The notes under the pieces: generated by a model | What the model saw: the letters and a program-made list of their open reading frames with translations, nothing else | Told to the model about the DNA's origin: nothing | Database searches by the model: none | Assembly: GCA_035268985.1 (NCBI GenBank) | Contig: DATFJV010000078.1 | Span: forward strand, 315-64,314 | DNA from: Anaerovoracaceae bacterium | GTDB taxonomy: Bacteria; Bacillota; Clostridia; Peptostreptococcales; Anaerovoracaceae | DNA: 64,000 nt | Direction: 5' to 3' | Shown: positions 29,487-41,300 of the stretch, piece by piece | How the letters are laid out: the number at the start of each line of letters is the position of its first letter | Position numbering within the stretch: the first letter of the stretch is position 1 | Program-made: the position numbers and the translations under genes

Positions 29487-30221
29487 CTAGTTATCCTCCA
29501 TTATTTTTATACATATAACGGAAACATTATCGTTTCCTCCGTGATCATTTGCATTTTCCACAAGAGATTCTGCACATTTTTGCATATCCTTTTTTTCTTT
29601 TATAATTTTATATATCTTTTTATCCGTAAGTTCGTCATATAAACCATCACTACATAATACAATTACATCCCCTACACTCATAGGTAATGTATATAAATCC
29701 ATAATAACCTTTTCTTCTGCACCTATTGCTCTAGTTATAACGTTCTTTTTAGTATGGTTTCTCGCTTCTTTAGATGTAATCATACCAGCTTTTACAAGTT
29801 CGTTTACATAAGTATGGTCATCAGTGATTTGTATTATTTTTTCTTCATGTATTAGATAAGCTCTGCTGTCGCCTACATTACCTACATATGCCAAATTCCC
29901 TTTTACTAATACATAAACAAATGTAGTAGCCATTCCCAAATATTCTTCTTTCGAATTGGCTAAATTGTATATCTTATTATTAACGAATATTATTGAATCC
30001 TCTAATAATTTTATAAGTTCATTATCATCTTCTAAATCTTTATATCTAAGTTTAACATATTTTGCAAAAGTCTCTACCGTTTCTTTACTCGCGATCTCAC
30101 CTGAGCGATTTCCTCCCACTCCGTCTGCTAATAAATACAGGTTGATGTCATTTATAACTTTGACATAATCTTCGTTTTTTATTCTTCGCATTCCTCTGTC
30201 TGTTAACAATCCTGTTTTCAT
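29487..30221 (-). CDS. stp: PP2C-family Ser/Thr phosphatase
   Basis: 244 aa; ADGVGGN, CSDGLYD, GGNDNVSVI; paired with pknB. Confidence 0.92.
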   Translation of the reverse strand: MKTGLLTDRGMRRIKNEDYVKVINDINLYLLADGVGGNRSGEIASKETVETFAKYVKLRYKDLEDDNELIKLLEDSIIFVNNKIYNLANSKEEYLGMATTFVYVLVKGNLAYVGNVGDSRAYLIHEEKIIQITDDHTYVNELVKAGMITSKEARNHTKKNVITRAIGAEEKVIMDLYTLPMSVGDVIVLCSDGLYDELTDKKIYKIIKEKKDMQKCAESLVENANDHGGNDNVSVICIKIMEDN

Positions 30222-30234
30222 TATTACCTCACTA

Positions 30235-31500
30235 TTAGTTTAATCTGCATAATTTACAGTAGAAAAAACCATCTACCTTTCCATTATAAGGTAAAGCTGT
30301 ATATTTTTCAACTATATTAAATTTATCATTATTTAACAAAAACTTATCAATAATACCATCATTTTCATCCTTGTTTATGGTACATGTACTATAAAGAACA
30401 TTACCGCCAACTTTTACATAATTACAAGCATTTTCCAATATTTTCAATTGTATTACTTGTAGATCTTTTAATTCAGCTTCATTTATATTATATTTGATTT
30501 CTGGTTTTTTATTTATTACACCCATTCCAGAGCAAGGAACATCGGCTAAAACATAATCAAACTTATCATTCATTTCTTTATCATGTAAACAACCATCTTT
30601 TATTTTAGTTTTAATTATATCAATGCTTAATCTTTTAGTTTCATTAGCAATAAGCCTAAGCCTATTTTCATATATATCACAAGCAACAATTAAACCCTTG
30701 TTATCCATTATTTCAGCCATATAAGTTGTCTTACCCCCTGGTGCAGCGCACATATCCAAAACATAGGCGCCAGGCTCAGGATTCAAAACATTTATTGCAT
30801 TTATTGAAGCTACTCCCTGTACGGAAATTTCGCCATCCTTATATTCCTTGCTGCTAATAATATCTCCTCCATTAACGATAATCATATTATCGTTAATGTC
30901 ATAGGCTTTTGTATTATTTAACTTCTTTAAGACATCTTCCCTATTAACCTTTAATTTATTAATTCTTAAAGTCATGCTAGGGATAATATTTAAGCCTTTT
31001 ATTATCTCTTTACCATCATTTTCGCCATACTGATCTATAATCATTTCTACAATCCACAATGGAAATGATTCTTTAATTGATAATTCTTTATGATTATTAT
31101 TAGGTAAATTAATATTATCTTTTTCTCTAATAAATGATCTTAAAATGCCGTTAATGAATTTATCTCTTCCTTTACACTTTTTTTTTGCAATTTCAACTAT
31201 TTCATTAACTGTGGCATAATTGGGAATGGATTTGGAAAACATTATTTCATATATTCCCATTCTTAAAAGAATTAAATCTTTTGTTTTAATACTTTTAACA
31301 CCCTTTTGGGATAATTTGTCAATATTAAAATCTAGTAGCATAAGATAACGCAAAACACCTTTTGCATAATTTCTAATATAACTACTAGAATAAACTTCGT
31401 ATTTATTAATCATCCTATTAATGGATAAATTTGAATATGCACCATTATTTAAAACATCGTTTAATGATTCATAAACCGCTATTCTATCATTAAACATCAT
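30235..31500 (-). CDS. rsmB: 16S rRNA (cytosine967-C5)-methyltransferase
   Basis: 421 aa; NusB-like N-terminus plus SAM-MTase motifs DMCAAPGGKT, DVPCSGMGV, YSTCT. Confidence 0.9.
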   Translation of the reverse strand: MMFNDRIAVYESLNDVLNNGAYSNLSINRMINKYEVYSSSYIRNYAKGVLRYLMLLDFNIDKLSQKGVKSIKTKDLILLRMGIYEIMFSKSIPNYATVNEIVEIAKKKCKGRDKFINGILRSFIREKDNINLPNNNHKELSIKESFPLWIVEMIIDQYGENDGKEIIKGLNIIPSMTLRINKLKVNREDVLKKLNNTKAYDINDNMIIVNGGDIISSKEYKDGEISVQGVASINAINVLNPEPGAYVLDMCAAPGGKTTYMAEIMDNKGLIVACDIYENRLRLIANETKRLSIDIIKTKIKDGCLHDKEMNDKFDYVLADVPCSGMGVINKKPEIKYNINEAELKDLQVIQLKILENACNYVKVGGNVLYSTCTINKDENDGIIDKFLLNNDKFNIVEKYTALPYNGKVDGFFYCKLCRLN

Positions 31501-32192
31501 CTATTTCCCCTAATAAGTAGCAGCCTAATCAAATTCGCAGCCGCTACTGCTAGCGCCGCAACGTATGTCATTGCTGCTGCTCTTAATACTTTTTTAGACC
31601 CGTTTATTTCTTCTCCAGTAACTATGTATGATTCTTCCATTTGATTTATTGCTCTGCTGCTAGCATTCAGCTCAACAGGTAAAGTTATCAAATGAAATGC
31701 AACCACTACTGCAAATGTTATAATCCCTATGTCAAAAAGCATTCCCCCCATTACACTTTGGGTTGACATTATTATTCCAATAAATATAAGGGGCCATGAT
31801 GCAGATGATGCAAAGCTAACCACTGGCACAACACTATTTCTTAGTGTTAAAGGTAAATAGTTCCTAGAATGCTGAATGGCATGGCCAACTTCATGACATG
31901 CTACACTAACTGCACTTATAGTTTTTCCATTATATACTTCTTGAGATAAGTTTAATGTGCGATTTTTCGGATTATAATTATCAGACAAATTTCCTGGAAC
32001 TTTATTTATAACTACATCGTTTAGACCATTAGCATCTAAAACTCTTCTAGCTGCCTCAGCTCCTGATAAATTTCTCATATTTCTAACTTTTGAATATTTA
32101 GCAAAACTTTTTTTAACAGATGCTTGTGCTACCATTGCAAAAATAATTGCTGGTATTAAAATAATCATTGAACTATAGTAAGTTAAAAACAT
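31497..32192 (-). CDS. membrane zinc metallopeptidase (Zn_peptidase_2/YugP-like)
   Basis: 231 aa; HEVGHAIQH zinc motif flanked by TM helices; 4-bp overlap with rsmB. Confidence 0.85.
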   Translation of the reverse strand: MFLTYYSSMIILIPAIIFAMVAQASVKKSFAKYSKVRNMRNLSGAEAARRVLDANGLNDVVINKVPGNLSDNYNPKNRTLNLSQEVYNGKTISAVSVACHEVGHAIQHSRNYLPLTLRNSVVPVVSFASSASWPLIFIGIIMSTQSVMGGMLFDIGIITFAVVVAFHLITLPVELNASSRAINQMEESYIVTGEEINGSKKVLRAAAMTYVAALAVAAANLIRLLLIRGNR

Positions 32193-32203
32193 CTCATTCT
32201 CCT

Positions 32204-33127
32204 TTATTCGAATTTCATTCCTATTTTTATTTGATTCCCTTTTATAAACTCGGAAACTTTCATTCTTTTCTTTCCTTGAGCTTGTATTTCAGTTATTTTA
32301 ATTGCGCCTTGTTTACATTTTACTGTAATAGCATCATCAACTCCAATAATCTCACCGTTGCATGCTAAGCTATTTGTTGAAATATAATCACTTCTAAAAA
32401 ACTTATATGTTTTACCATCAAGATTAGCATATGCCCCTGGCCATGTATTAAATGCTCGAATTTTTCTTTGTATATAATCAGCATTCTCGTTAAAATTAAT
32501 TTGACCATCAACCTTGCTTATTATCGGTGCATAAGTACTGATCTTATGATTTTGTTCCTTTGGTTCTAGACCTTCATATTCTATTTTATCAATAGTCTTA
32601 ATTAGCAATTTGCCACCCATTACTGATAATTCATCATGTAATTCCTCAATATACTTATTATCAATTTTTGTTTTCGCTATACTATAAATAGGTCCACTGT
32701 CAAGACCTTCTTCCATTTTCATGATTGATATGCCCGTATATTCTTCATTATTTAAAATTGCATGGTGTATAGGAGATGCACCTCTTAAATTAGGGAGCAA
32801 AGATCCATGCACATTGATGCAACCGTATCTTGGGATTTCCAAAACCTTTTTAGGCAATATCTGTCCAAACGCTACAACAACAATTAGATCAAATTCAATT
32901 GCTTTTATTTTTTCAATAAAATCTTCATTGTTTTTAATATTAAATGGTTGTATTATTTCAATATCACTGTTTAATGCAATTTCTTTTACTGGAGAAAACG
33001 AAACTTTTCCTCTATTCCTTCTTTTATCTGGCTGAGTAACAACAGCTGAAACCACATGTTTTGAATTAATTAAACATTTTAGTGATTCAACAGCAAAATC
33101 AGGCGTACCCATAAATAGTATTTTCAT
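32204..33127 (-). CDS. fmt: methionyl-tRNA formyltransferase
   Basis: 307 aa; MKILFMGTPDFAV, INVHGSLLPNLRGASPI. Confidence 0.95.
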   Translation of the reverse strand: MKILFMGTPDFAVESLKCLINSKHVVSAVVTQPDKRRNRGKVSFSPVKEIALNSDIEIIQPFNIKNNEDFIEKIKAIEFDLIVVVAFGQILPKKVLEIPRYGCINVHGSLLPNLRGASPIHHAILNNEEYTGISIMKMEEGLDSGPIYSIAKTKIDNKYIEELHDELSVMGGKLLIKTIDKIEYEGLEPKEQNHKISTYAPIISKVDGQINFNENADYIQRKIRAFNTWPGAYANLDGKTYKFFRSDYISTNSLACNGEIIGVDDAITVKCKQGAIKITEIQAQGKKRMKVSEFIKGNQIKIGMKFE

Positions 33128-33627
33128 TACTTAGATTCCTCTTCCACTTCCATAAGCATAGCTTCATACTCTTCTTCAGTCATGATTTGTTTTGACTTAT
33201 CTTTATATAATATTCCATTTAAATGATCATTTTCATGGGACATTACAACCGCATAAAATCCTGTGAATTCATATTTATGTTTTTCACCCTCTAGGTCTGT
33301 TGCTTCCATTACTATCTTTGTAGGTCTATCAACTAAACCGATATATCCTGGCACACTAAGGCAACCTTCTGTTGACTCTTGAGTCCCCTCTTCAGAAATA
33401 ATTTCTGGATTTATCATTATATATAAATTTTCTGGTTCAGGTTCTGCAACAAAGATTTTTCTCATCACTCCTATTTGAGGAGCTGCAAGACCTACACCTT
33501 TTTCTTTTCTCATGGTTTCTATCATGTCATCAATTAATACCTTAATTCTGTCATTTATGTTTTTTACCTCTTTACAGTTTTTTCTAAGTATTTCGTCACC
33601 TTCAACTGTTACATTTCTTAATGCCAT
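33127..33627 (-). CDS. def: peptide deformylase
   Basis: Trimmed to ATG 33625-33627 (MALRNV...) behind an AGGAGG RBS; motifs GVGLAAPQIG, EGCLSVPG, HENDHLNG. Confidence 0.95.
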   Translation of the reverse strand: MALRNVTVEGDEILRKNCKEVKNINDRIKVLIDDMIETMRKEKGVGLAAPQIGVMRKIFVAEPEPENLYIMINPEIISEEGTQESTEGCLSVPGYIGLVDRPTKIVMEATDLEGEKHKYEFTGFYAVVMSHENDHLNGILYKDKSKQIMTEEEYEAMLMEVEEESK

Positions 33628-33637
33628 TAATATCCTC

Positions 33638-35614
33638 CTAAATAATTCCGTATGGATTAACATCTATATCCATATTACAATCCTTTATAGTTTTTCTAAA
33701 TTCCGACAATTGTTTTATACAAGTGTTTCTATATTTTTTACTACTTTTTATCATAAAATAACATTGATATTTATTATTAAGCTTATATCTAGTTGATTCC
33801 TTAATATCAAATAAAAATGTTTCTTTATCAGTTTTTAAGTATTTTCTACATTCATTTGCGTACATTTTTGGTTTTTTCTGATACTCAGATATAAACATTA
33901 CCACAATAATATCACTAAAAGGTGGATATTTCATAGTCATTCTGTGATTAATTTCTATATTATAGAACTCATCATAATTGTAATTAATTGCTGTATTTAT
34001 AGCATAATTATCTGGGGTATATGTTTGCACAATTACCTTTCCTTTGCTATTACCTCTTCCCGCTCTTCCAGCAACTTGTGTAATAAGCTGATATGTTCTT
34101 TCACTAGATCTGTAATCGGGTATGTTTAATGACATATCTGCTGATACTATCCCTACTAAACCAACATTTTTAAAATCTAAACCCTTTGCAATTATTTGAG
34201 TCCCTATCAATATGTCAATATTACCTTTTGAAAAGTCGCTCAATATGTTGTCAACTTCACTCTGCTTTTTCGCAATATCTAAATCTATTCTTTGTATTTT
34301 ACAGCCATCAAATAGTTTTTGGGCCTCTTCTTCTATTTTTTCAGTGCCGAATCCATGCATTTTAATATATTTACTATCACAAACTGGACATTTATTATAC
34401 AACATTTTATGATCACCACAATAATGACATACCATTTCATTTTCTCTTTTATGATAAGTCATGGTAACCCCACATTTTTCACATATTACTTTATGACCGC
34501 ATTCCAAACACTGTATACTAGTAGAATGCCCTCTTCTATTTATAAAAAGTATTACTTGCTCTTTTTTTGATACAGTATTTTTAATTTCATTATATAAGTT
34601 ATTGCTAAATGGAGTAAAATTGCCTGCCCTCGTTTCATTTCTCATATCAACAACTGCAACTTCGGGCATTAAACTGCCATCTACTCTATTTTTTATATTA
34701 ACTTTATCATATATACCTTTATTAGCTCTATAGTTTGAAACAATAGAAGGTGTTGCACTTCCCATAACCAATACACCATTATGATTCTTTATACGCTTAT
34801 ATGCTATGTCAACTGTTTCATATTTTGGTGTTTTATCAGCTTTATATGTAGACTCATGTTCTTCATCCATAATAATTACACCAATATTTATTAAAGGAGC
34901 AAAAACAGCTGAACGAGTTCCTAAAACAATTCTTGCTTTACCGTTTTTTATTTTTAACCATTCTCTAAGTCTAACAGAACCAGTCAGCTTACTGTGAATT
35001 ATAGCTATATTTTCTTCTCCAAATCGTTCAGATAGTCTTTTTTTTGTTTGATTTGTTAAAGCTATCTCAGGTACTAGGTATATAGCATTTTTACCCATCT
35101 TCAATGCCTTATCAATTATCTCCATGTATATTTCAGTTTTACCTGAATTTGTTACTCCATTAATAAGAAAAGCCTTCTGCTCAAGATTTTCCAAAGCTTT
35201 ACAGACGCTTTCCTTCGCTTTTATTTGTTCTTCATTTAATTTTATAATTTTATTGCTATCTGAATCATATGCCTTCTTTATTATTTTTTCGTTTGGACGT
35301 TTTCCATTTATAGTAAACAGATTAATGGCATCTATAAATCTAATACCATATCTGTTTCTAATCCATAAAGCTGTTTTTATAATTTCTTCATTTAATGATT
35401 TAGATTCTTCCATCGTTGAAATTTCTTTTATAAGTTTTATGTCGATATTTGGTTTTACATCAATCTCCACAACATAGCCCGCTAAAAGTTTTTTACGATT
35501 TGCAAAATTAACATATACCTTGCTCCCAATGTTCAATTTTTCATTGGAAGCATAGGTATATGGTATATCTGTTTTAAAACTTTTGTTATCTATAATGATA
35601 TTAGCGTAATTCAA
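33638..35614 (-). CDS. priA: primosomal protein N' (replication restart helicase)
   Basis: 658 aa; Walker A GVTNSGKTE, DEEHE box, Cys-rich zinc insertion (CLECGH..CEKCG..CHYCG..CPVCDS). Confidence 0.93.
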   Translation of the reverse strand: MNYANIIIDNKSFKTDIPYTYASNEKLNIGSKVYVNFANRKKLLAGYVVEIDVKPNIDIKLIKEISTMEESKSLNEEIIKTALWIRNRYGIRFIDAINLFTINGKRPNEKIIKKAYDSDSNKIIKLNEEQIKAKESVCKALENLEQKAFLINGVTNSGKTEIYMEIIDKALKMGKNAIYLVPEIALTNQTKKRLSERFGEENIAIIHSKLTGSVRLREWLKIKNGKARIVLGTRSAVFAPLINIGVIIMDEEHESTYKADKTPKYETVDIAYKRIKNHNGVLVMGSATPSIVSNYRANKGIYDKVNIKNRVDGSLMPEVAVVDMRNETRAGNFTPFSNNLYNEIKNTVSKKEQVILFINRRGHSTSIQCLECGHKVICEKCGVTMTYHKRENEMVCHYCGDHKMLYNKCPVCDSKYIKMHGFGTEKIEEEAQKLFDGCKIQRIDLDIAKKQSEVDNILSDFSKGNIDILIGTQIIAKGLDFKNVGLVGIVSADMSLNIPDYRSSERTYQLITQVAGRAGRGNSKGKVIVQTYTPDNYAINTAINYNYDEFYNIEINHRMTMKYPPFSDIIVVMFISEYQKKPKMYANECRKYLKTDKETFLFDIKESTRYKLNNKYQCYFMIKSSKKYRNTCIKQLSEFRKTIKDCNMDIDVNPYGII

Positions 35615-35623
35615 AAACGACTC

Positions 35624-36634
35624 CTATAATAAATGTATATTAATTTCTTCACATTTTTTTATCATATCATCTGGCCATACTGAAGTTTGTACTTCTCCTA
35701 TATGAGCCTTCCTTAGAAAATACATGCACAATCTGCTTTGGCCAATACCTCCACCAATTGAGTATGGTAAATCTCCATTTATAACACCTTTATGGAAAAC
35801 TTGTTCTGCTCTATCTGATGAACCATCTATTTCTAATTGTCTTAACATTGTTTCACTGTCTACTCTAATTCCCATAGATGAAACTTCAAAAGCCATATCT
35901 AATACATCATTCCATAATATAATGTCACCATTTAATTCCCAGTCGTCGTAATCCGGAGATCTTCCATCATGTTTTTCACCAGATTTTAGTTTGCCACCAA
36001 TTTTCTTGATGAACACAGCCCCATACTCCTTTGTAATAAGGTCTTCTCTTTCTTTTGGAGTTTTATCTGGCCATCTATCCTCTAGCTCTTGAGTTGTAAT
36101 GAATTTAATTTCATTAGGTAACTCAGTTTGTATATCACGATAAAGTCTATTTACATAATCCCCTAAATTTTTAATAGCATTATAAATCGTAACAACTGTT
36201 TCTTCTAAATATTCAATATTCCGTTGATCCTTTTTTATAACTTTTTCCCAATCCCATTGATCAACATAAATTGAATGAAGATTATCAAGTTCTTCGTCTC
36301 TTCTAATAGCATTCATATCGGTATATATACCATTTTCTGGCTCAATACCATATTTACCAAGTGCCATCCTTTTCCATTTTGCTAGCGATTGAACTACTTC
36401 TACCTTTTTTTCGTCAATGTCGCCCAATGTGAATTCAACTCTTCTTTCAACGCCATTAAGATTGTCATTTAATCCAGTTTCTGGAAATACGAACAACGGT
36501 GCTGATACCCTTGTAAGCTTTAGCCCATAAGCTAATTCTTGTTGGAAATAATCTTTTATTTTTTTTATTCCCCTTTGTGTTTCTAGCAATCCCAACTTTG
36601 GTTGGTAATCCCTAGGTCTAATAATTTTACTCAT
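35624..36634 (-). CDS. asnA: aspartate--ammonia ligase
   Basis: Trimmed to ATG 36632-36634 (MSKIIRPRDYQ...) behind AAGGGGGA; full-length AsnA-like sequence; the longer ORF would overlap queH. Confidence 0.93.
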   Translation of the reverse strand: MSKIIRPRDYQPKLGLLETQRGIKKIKDYFQQELAYGLKLTRVSAPLFVFPETGLNDNLNGVERRVEFTLGDIDEKKVEVVQSLAKWKRMALGKYGIEPENGIYTDMNAIRRDEELDNLHSIYVDQWDWEKVIKKDQRNIEYLEETVVTIYNAIKNLGDYVNRLYRDIQTELPNEIKFITTQELEDRWPDKTPKEREDLITKEYGAVFIKKIGGKLKSGEKHDGRSPDYDDWELNGDIILWNDVLDMAFEVSSMGIRVDSETMLRQLEIDGSSDRAEQVFHKGVINGDLPYSIGGGIGQSRLCMYFLRKAHIGEVQTSVWPDDMIKKCEEINIHLL

Positions 36635-36647
36635 AATCGTTTCCCCC

Positions 36648-37310
36648 TTATATATTTTTATTTCTCTTAGAGTAATCACAGCCACAATAATCCTGTCTAT
36701 AAAGATTATATTTTTTTGATAGCTCAATACTTCTTTGGAATCCACCTTTTTTCTTAAAGTTCTCATCCAAATATGGAATATTTAATGATTCCGATAAATT
36801 ATTCCCTATCGAAGATATCGCCTCGTAGTTTTTATGAGGACTTATAGTAAGTGTAGTTGCAAATGTATCTTTCTCCAAAGCTTTGGCTACTTCTGCAGTT
36901 CTTTCAAGTCTTAATCTAAAACAAATATTGCATCTAAATCCACCTTCTGGCTCATTCTTTAAATCAGATGTTAAATTAATAAAGCACTCTGGGTTATATT
37001 CACCTTCTATATAGTCTATGAAATACTCTTTTCTGTATTCAATATTAAATTCTTCAATAAACTTTAATTGGCTATCTCTTCTTCTATAATATTCTTCTGG
37101 ATCCATAATATTTGGATTGTAAAAAAATACAGTAATGTTATATAACGGTGCTAATTTTTCTATAACAGCTGTGCTGCATGGCCCGCAACAACTATGTAAA
37201 AGTACACTAGGTTTATTGGACTCTAAATTAGTTTCAGATATATTCCCATATGTAGCATTATATTCCAATTCATTTCTTCCAGTGTATAGTCCTTCTGTAA
37301 TAATTTTCAT
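36648..37310 (-). CDS. queH: epoxyqueuosine reductase QueH (DUF208)
   Basis: 220 aa; conserved Cys pattern CCGPCS, CNICF, YCGC. Confidence 0.88.
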   Translation of the reverse strand: MKIITEGLYTGRNELEYNATYGNISETNLESNKPSVLLHSCCGPCSTAVIEKLAPLYNITVFFYNPNIMDPEEYYRRRDSQLKFIEEFNIEYRKEYFIDYIEGEYNPECFINLTSDLKNEPEGGFRCNICFRLRLERTAEVAKALEKDTFATTLTISPHKNYEAISSIGNNLSESLNIPYLDENFKKKGGFQRSIELSKKYNLYRQDYCGCDYSKRNKNI

Positions 37311-37411
37311 AAAATTCCTCCGAAATACTATTCACATTTATAGCTAATTATTATATCATAAGTCTAAAGCGATTTGTACAATATTTATGTGAAAAGAAAG
37401 TAAAATTTATT

Positions 37412-38296
37412 ATGAAGAGATATTATTCAATAAATCAATACCTTAAAACCCAATTTGGAGCAAAAACCATCAAATTATCCTTAGATGGTGGCTTTTCATG
37501 CCCAAATCGAGATGGTAATAAAGGTTATGGAGGATGTCTATTTTGTTCGGAAAATGGCTCTGGTGAATTTGCATCCACAATACCAAAACAAATTGACCTT
37601 TTGTCCACAAAATGGCCCAATGCTAAGTACTTAGCATATTTCCAAAACCATACAAATACTTATGCCCCTGTTAATGAACTCAGGGGAAAGTACTATGAAG
37701 CGCTTAACCATCCTTTAATTGAAGGAATAGTAATTGGTACTAGGCCTGACTGCATTGATTATGATACGCTGAATCTACTAAAGGAAGTAAATGAAAATCA
37801 TTTTATGTGGATGGAACTAGGACTTCAAACAACAAATTTAAAAACAATGGAATTTCTTAACCTTAAGTATGATATTAATGATTTCGATAACGCTATAAAA
37901 AAATTAGATTCAGAACATATTAAAACAGTTGTTCATGTAATACTCGGTCTTCCTGGAGAAACTGAAGAAGATATGTTTAATACCGTTAATTATGTTTGCA
38001 ACAAGAAAGTTTTTGGTATTAAGTTACATATGCTTAACCTTGTAAAAAATTCTGAATTATCGAAGATAATGCCAAATTATACATCCTTTGATTCTATAGA
38101 GGAATATGCTGATTTAGTTATAAGGCTACTTGAGATAATTCCAAAGGATATAACCATTCATAGGCTTAGTGCAGATGCTCCAAGGTCAATACTAATATCA
38201 CCTATATGGAGCTATAAGAAAAGAACTATACTAAATACTATAAATAATGAACTTAAAAAAAGAGACACTTATCAAGGCAAAAAAACAAGCGGTTAA
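37412..38296 (+). CDS. TIGR01212-family radical SAM protein
   Basis: 294 aa; N-terminal CPNRDGNKGYGGCLFC cluster motif and overall family resemblance. Confidence 0.85.
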   Translation: MKRYYSINQYLKTQFGAKTIKLSLDGGFSCPNRDGNKGYGGCLFCSENGSGEFASTIPKQIDLLSTKWPNAKYLAYFQNHTNTYAPVNELRGKYYEALNHPLIEGIVIGTRPDCIDYDTLNLLKEVNENHFMWMELGLQTTNLKTMEFLNLKYDINDFDNAIKKLDSEHIKTVVHVILGLPGETEEDMFNTVNYVCNKKVFGIKLHMLNLVKNSELSKIMPNYTSFDSIEEYADLVIRLLEIIPKDITIHRLSADAPRSILISPIWSYKKRTILNTINNELKKRDTYQGKKTSG

Positions 38297-38305
38297 AACC
38301 GCTTG
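38286..38305. terminator. bidirectional terminator between convergent radical-SAM and autolysin genes
   Basis: Stem CAAGCGGT/ACCGCTTG, loop TAAA (contains the radical-SAM stop codon), A-run upstream and T-rich run downstream. Confidence 0.65.
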
Positions 38306-38312
38306 CCTTAAT

Positions 38313-41300
38313 TTATTCTTTATTCACAGTAATCTTATAAATCTTTTCTTTACCGCTTGAAGATGTAATCTTTATTTCAAATACATTACTCCCACTAACT
38401 AACTCCCTATTACCAATTCCTTGAACAATACTATCCATTGAATTTGCAATAGCTTTAAGTTCAATACTATCCGCATTGCATGTTACTGAATATTCCAAAA
38501 CATCTTTATCAAAGCTTTGATCCATATTATAACCAACTACTTCTAAATTACTTAAATAGCAGTTATTATTACCACTACTATTAGGTTTTTCATATGGTTC
38601 AATTTGCATATCCTTATAAACTGGTATTATAAATGCTAATTGCTCATCTATTATACCAAGTTCTTCATATTGTGATTTTACAGCACCTGCTTCTTGAAGT
38701 GGCGCAGTTATATTAGTCATGTATTGATGTGTAGCAACATTACTTAATCCGTTGTCCACATTGAACTTTTGAGTATATATCGAATTTTGATTATTATTTA
38801 TATAACCATTTGAAATAAATTGTGCTCCACCCAAAACACTAGTCTTCTTATCATTCCAAGGTCGTTGGTAAGTACTACCTGTAGCAGCCCAATATAGACC
38901 TTTAGCAGCTGGATTAGAGCAACTTGTCGCTCCTATGTTATATGGATTATATATTCCGCTATATGTACTACTGCCATATGTAAATGTAACACCTGATATA
39001 GCATATCCTGTGCCTCCACCTGTTTCAACTTTTGCTCTTGCTGCTAAATGAACTGGACTAACTTCGTAAGTTCTTCCTGCTTCAATAAACCAAGATGCTT
39101 TAAAACCATTTTTATCTAATTGAGTTCCTGAAATTATCTTGTTTACTAGTTCTTCAGTTTGATATTCTTCGTGATATGATAAATCTTCAAACATGTATAT
39201 ATCATCTGAATTAATGAAATTTCTTGGATCCATGTAATGTTGCACCGCCGATTCATCAGCTGTAAACCAACAACTAGCATCATGTGGTATATATTCACCT
39301 TTATCTAAAAGTTTACCTTTAGCAATTTTTAAATCACCTTGTAAGTCAAAATTAGGAGCATATACATAGGCATAATTATCATTGTATTCTATCTTATACC
39401 ATTTCATTCCAGCACTATCAGTAACGTCCATTACTACATTTACTTCATCCCCAACTTGGTATTTCCCAAGTATATTCATTGACGTTCCAGCGCCTTCTCT
39501 TATATTAGTAGAATGGTTAGCCACTGCTATTTCACTATGATAAGCCTCCCCATACACGTTCGAAGCTTTAACATAACCGGATTTCCCATTAAATTCTACC
39601 TCATACCATATATAACCTTTTGAAGTGCTCGTGCTTGAAGTATATGTTTCATTTAATATATTAAATTCACCATTATTGTATATGAAAATACTATTTGCAC
39701 TGCCATTTACTTTAGTCTTGGCATATTGTCCAAATATATAGTCTCCATCAGCAACTGATTTATATGATTCAGGATAAATTTCATGAATTAAGCTAGGGCT
39801 ATAAGTACCAGGTTGAGACTCTTTATCGACTACTGTTTCAAAAGGTATATCTATCTGCTGCGCATAAAATATCCAACTTGGGTGTTCAGCATGCATTTTT
39901 CTTAATTCTACCTTATAGCTTTCTGGGAATCCTTGTTCTTCAATAAACGTTTCAAACTCTTCATTGGTCATATTAGGTTTTGTAGGTACATTTATTTCAG
40001 AATCACCGCTATTATTCCCAGAGCTTAGAGAAACATAATCAGCACTTACATAGTAATATCTACTTCCTACTTTCACCTTATACCAAAGCTGATTATTATT
40101 ACTCCTTGCTTTGGCAACTATATTTATAGTTTGACCTTCATTAAAAGTTCCTACTAAAGGCATACCTGTCCCTGCACCTTTTCTATAGTTTAAATTAGTT
40201 GTAGTAGTTCCTTGAATGTTTTCATATGACAAACCATCAATAAAATCTGATCTCACATATTTACTATCACTTTCATTCAATACTAGCCATATATATCTAT
40301 CATCATATCTACTGCTACTTACAAATTTTTCTTCGTAAATCAATATCTCTTTGTTATTAATTAATAAGCCAGCTATGCTATAGTTAATGCCTGGACCCTT
40401 TCTAATATTTAAGCCATATTTAGCATCAACGTTTCCTTTTGTTATAAGGCTATCAGCAGTTACTACAACCTCTTCCTCTACTGGTTTATCCTCAATAGGA
40501 GTATTAGTTTCTTCTTCACTACTACTGTTTTCAAAATTTATGTATTTTGCATAAGCATAATAATATTTATTACCTATTTTAACTTTGTACCAAAGGCCTC
40601 CTTTGCTATCATAAGCATCTCCAATTACTTCTACACTTGCTCCATTACTAAAAGTACCTGCATACTTCATTCCTACGCCAGCGCCCATTCTATAATTAAG
40701 CTTTGTTGTAGTAACCCCTGATTTTGTTTCATAACTATAATTATCAACATAATCAGACCTAACATATTTATTGTCAGCGCTACTAATATTTAACCATATA
40801 TATTTATCGCTATAATTATAACTGCTAACAAATTTTTCACTATACACATTTATCTTCTCATTGTTGCTCAATCTACCTACTTTAGAATAGCTAGTGCTAG
40901 GACCTTTTCTTACATTAAGTCCAAAAATCGAATCAACATAGGCTTTATCATAATCTTCATTAGTATCAATATTTTCAGTAGCATCTTCTTCTTTAATATC
41001 TTCTGAATTGCTTTCATTACTTGAACTTAAACTAACATATTTTGAAGAGACATAGTAATAAGAACTTCCTACTTTTACCTTATACCACAGTTCTCCTTTA
41101 TTATTAAGCGCTTCACATGCAATATCTATACTTTTACCTTTATTGAAGGTCCCTATTCTACGCATACCTGTGCCTGCACCAACTCTATAGTTCAAATCCA
41201 CATTGGTCGTTCCTTTTACAGTATCGTAAACAACATTATCTATAAAATCCGATCTAACAAAACTAGTTTTTGAGCTATTTATTGCAATCCAAATATTTGA

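Noticed and set aside
30222-30234. Absence of rlmN between rsmB and stp, and of trmFO/xerC between topA and hslV (48829-48840), relative to Bacillus subtilis synteny
   Set aside because: The junctions are tight (12-13 bp) with no scars or pseudogene fragments. This looks like ordinary lineage-specific gene order rather than a recent deletion or insertion.
35624-36766. Long N-terminal extensions in the ORF track (asnA to 36766, def to 33663, gntR to 12118, rsgA to 27792, eno to 63787, comEC to 22291)
   Set aside because: In each case an internal ATG with a good Shine-Dalgarno gives the canonical family N-terminus. It also removes an overlap with the upstream gene or a read-through of a promoter/operator. 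The extensions have no family support.
37311-37411. Possible preQ1 riboswitch upstream of queH
   Set aside because: I found no match to the compact preQ1-I hairpin followed by an A-rich tail. The region looks like a plain divergent promoter spacer.
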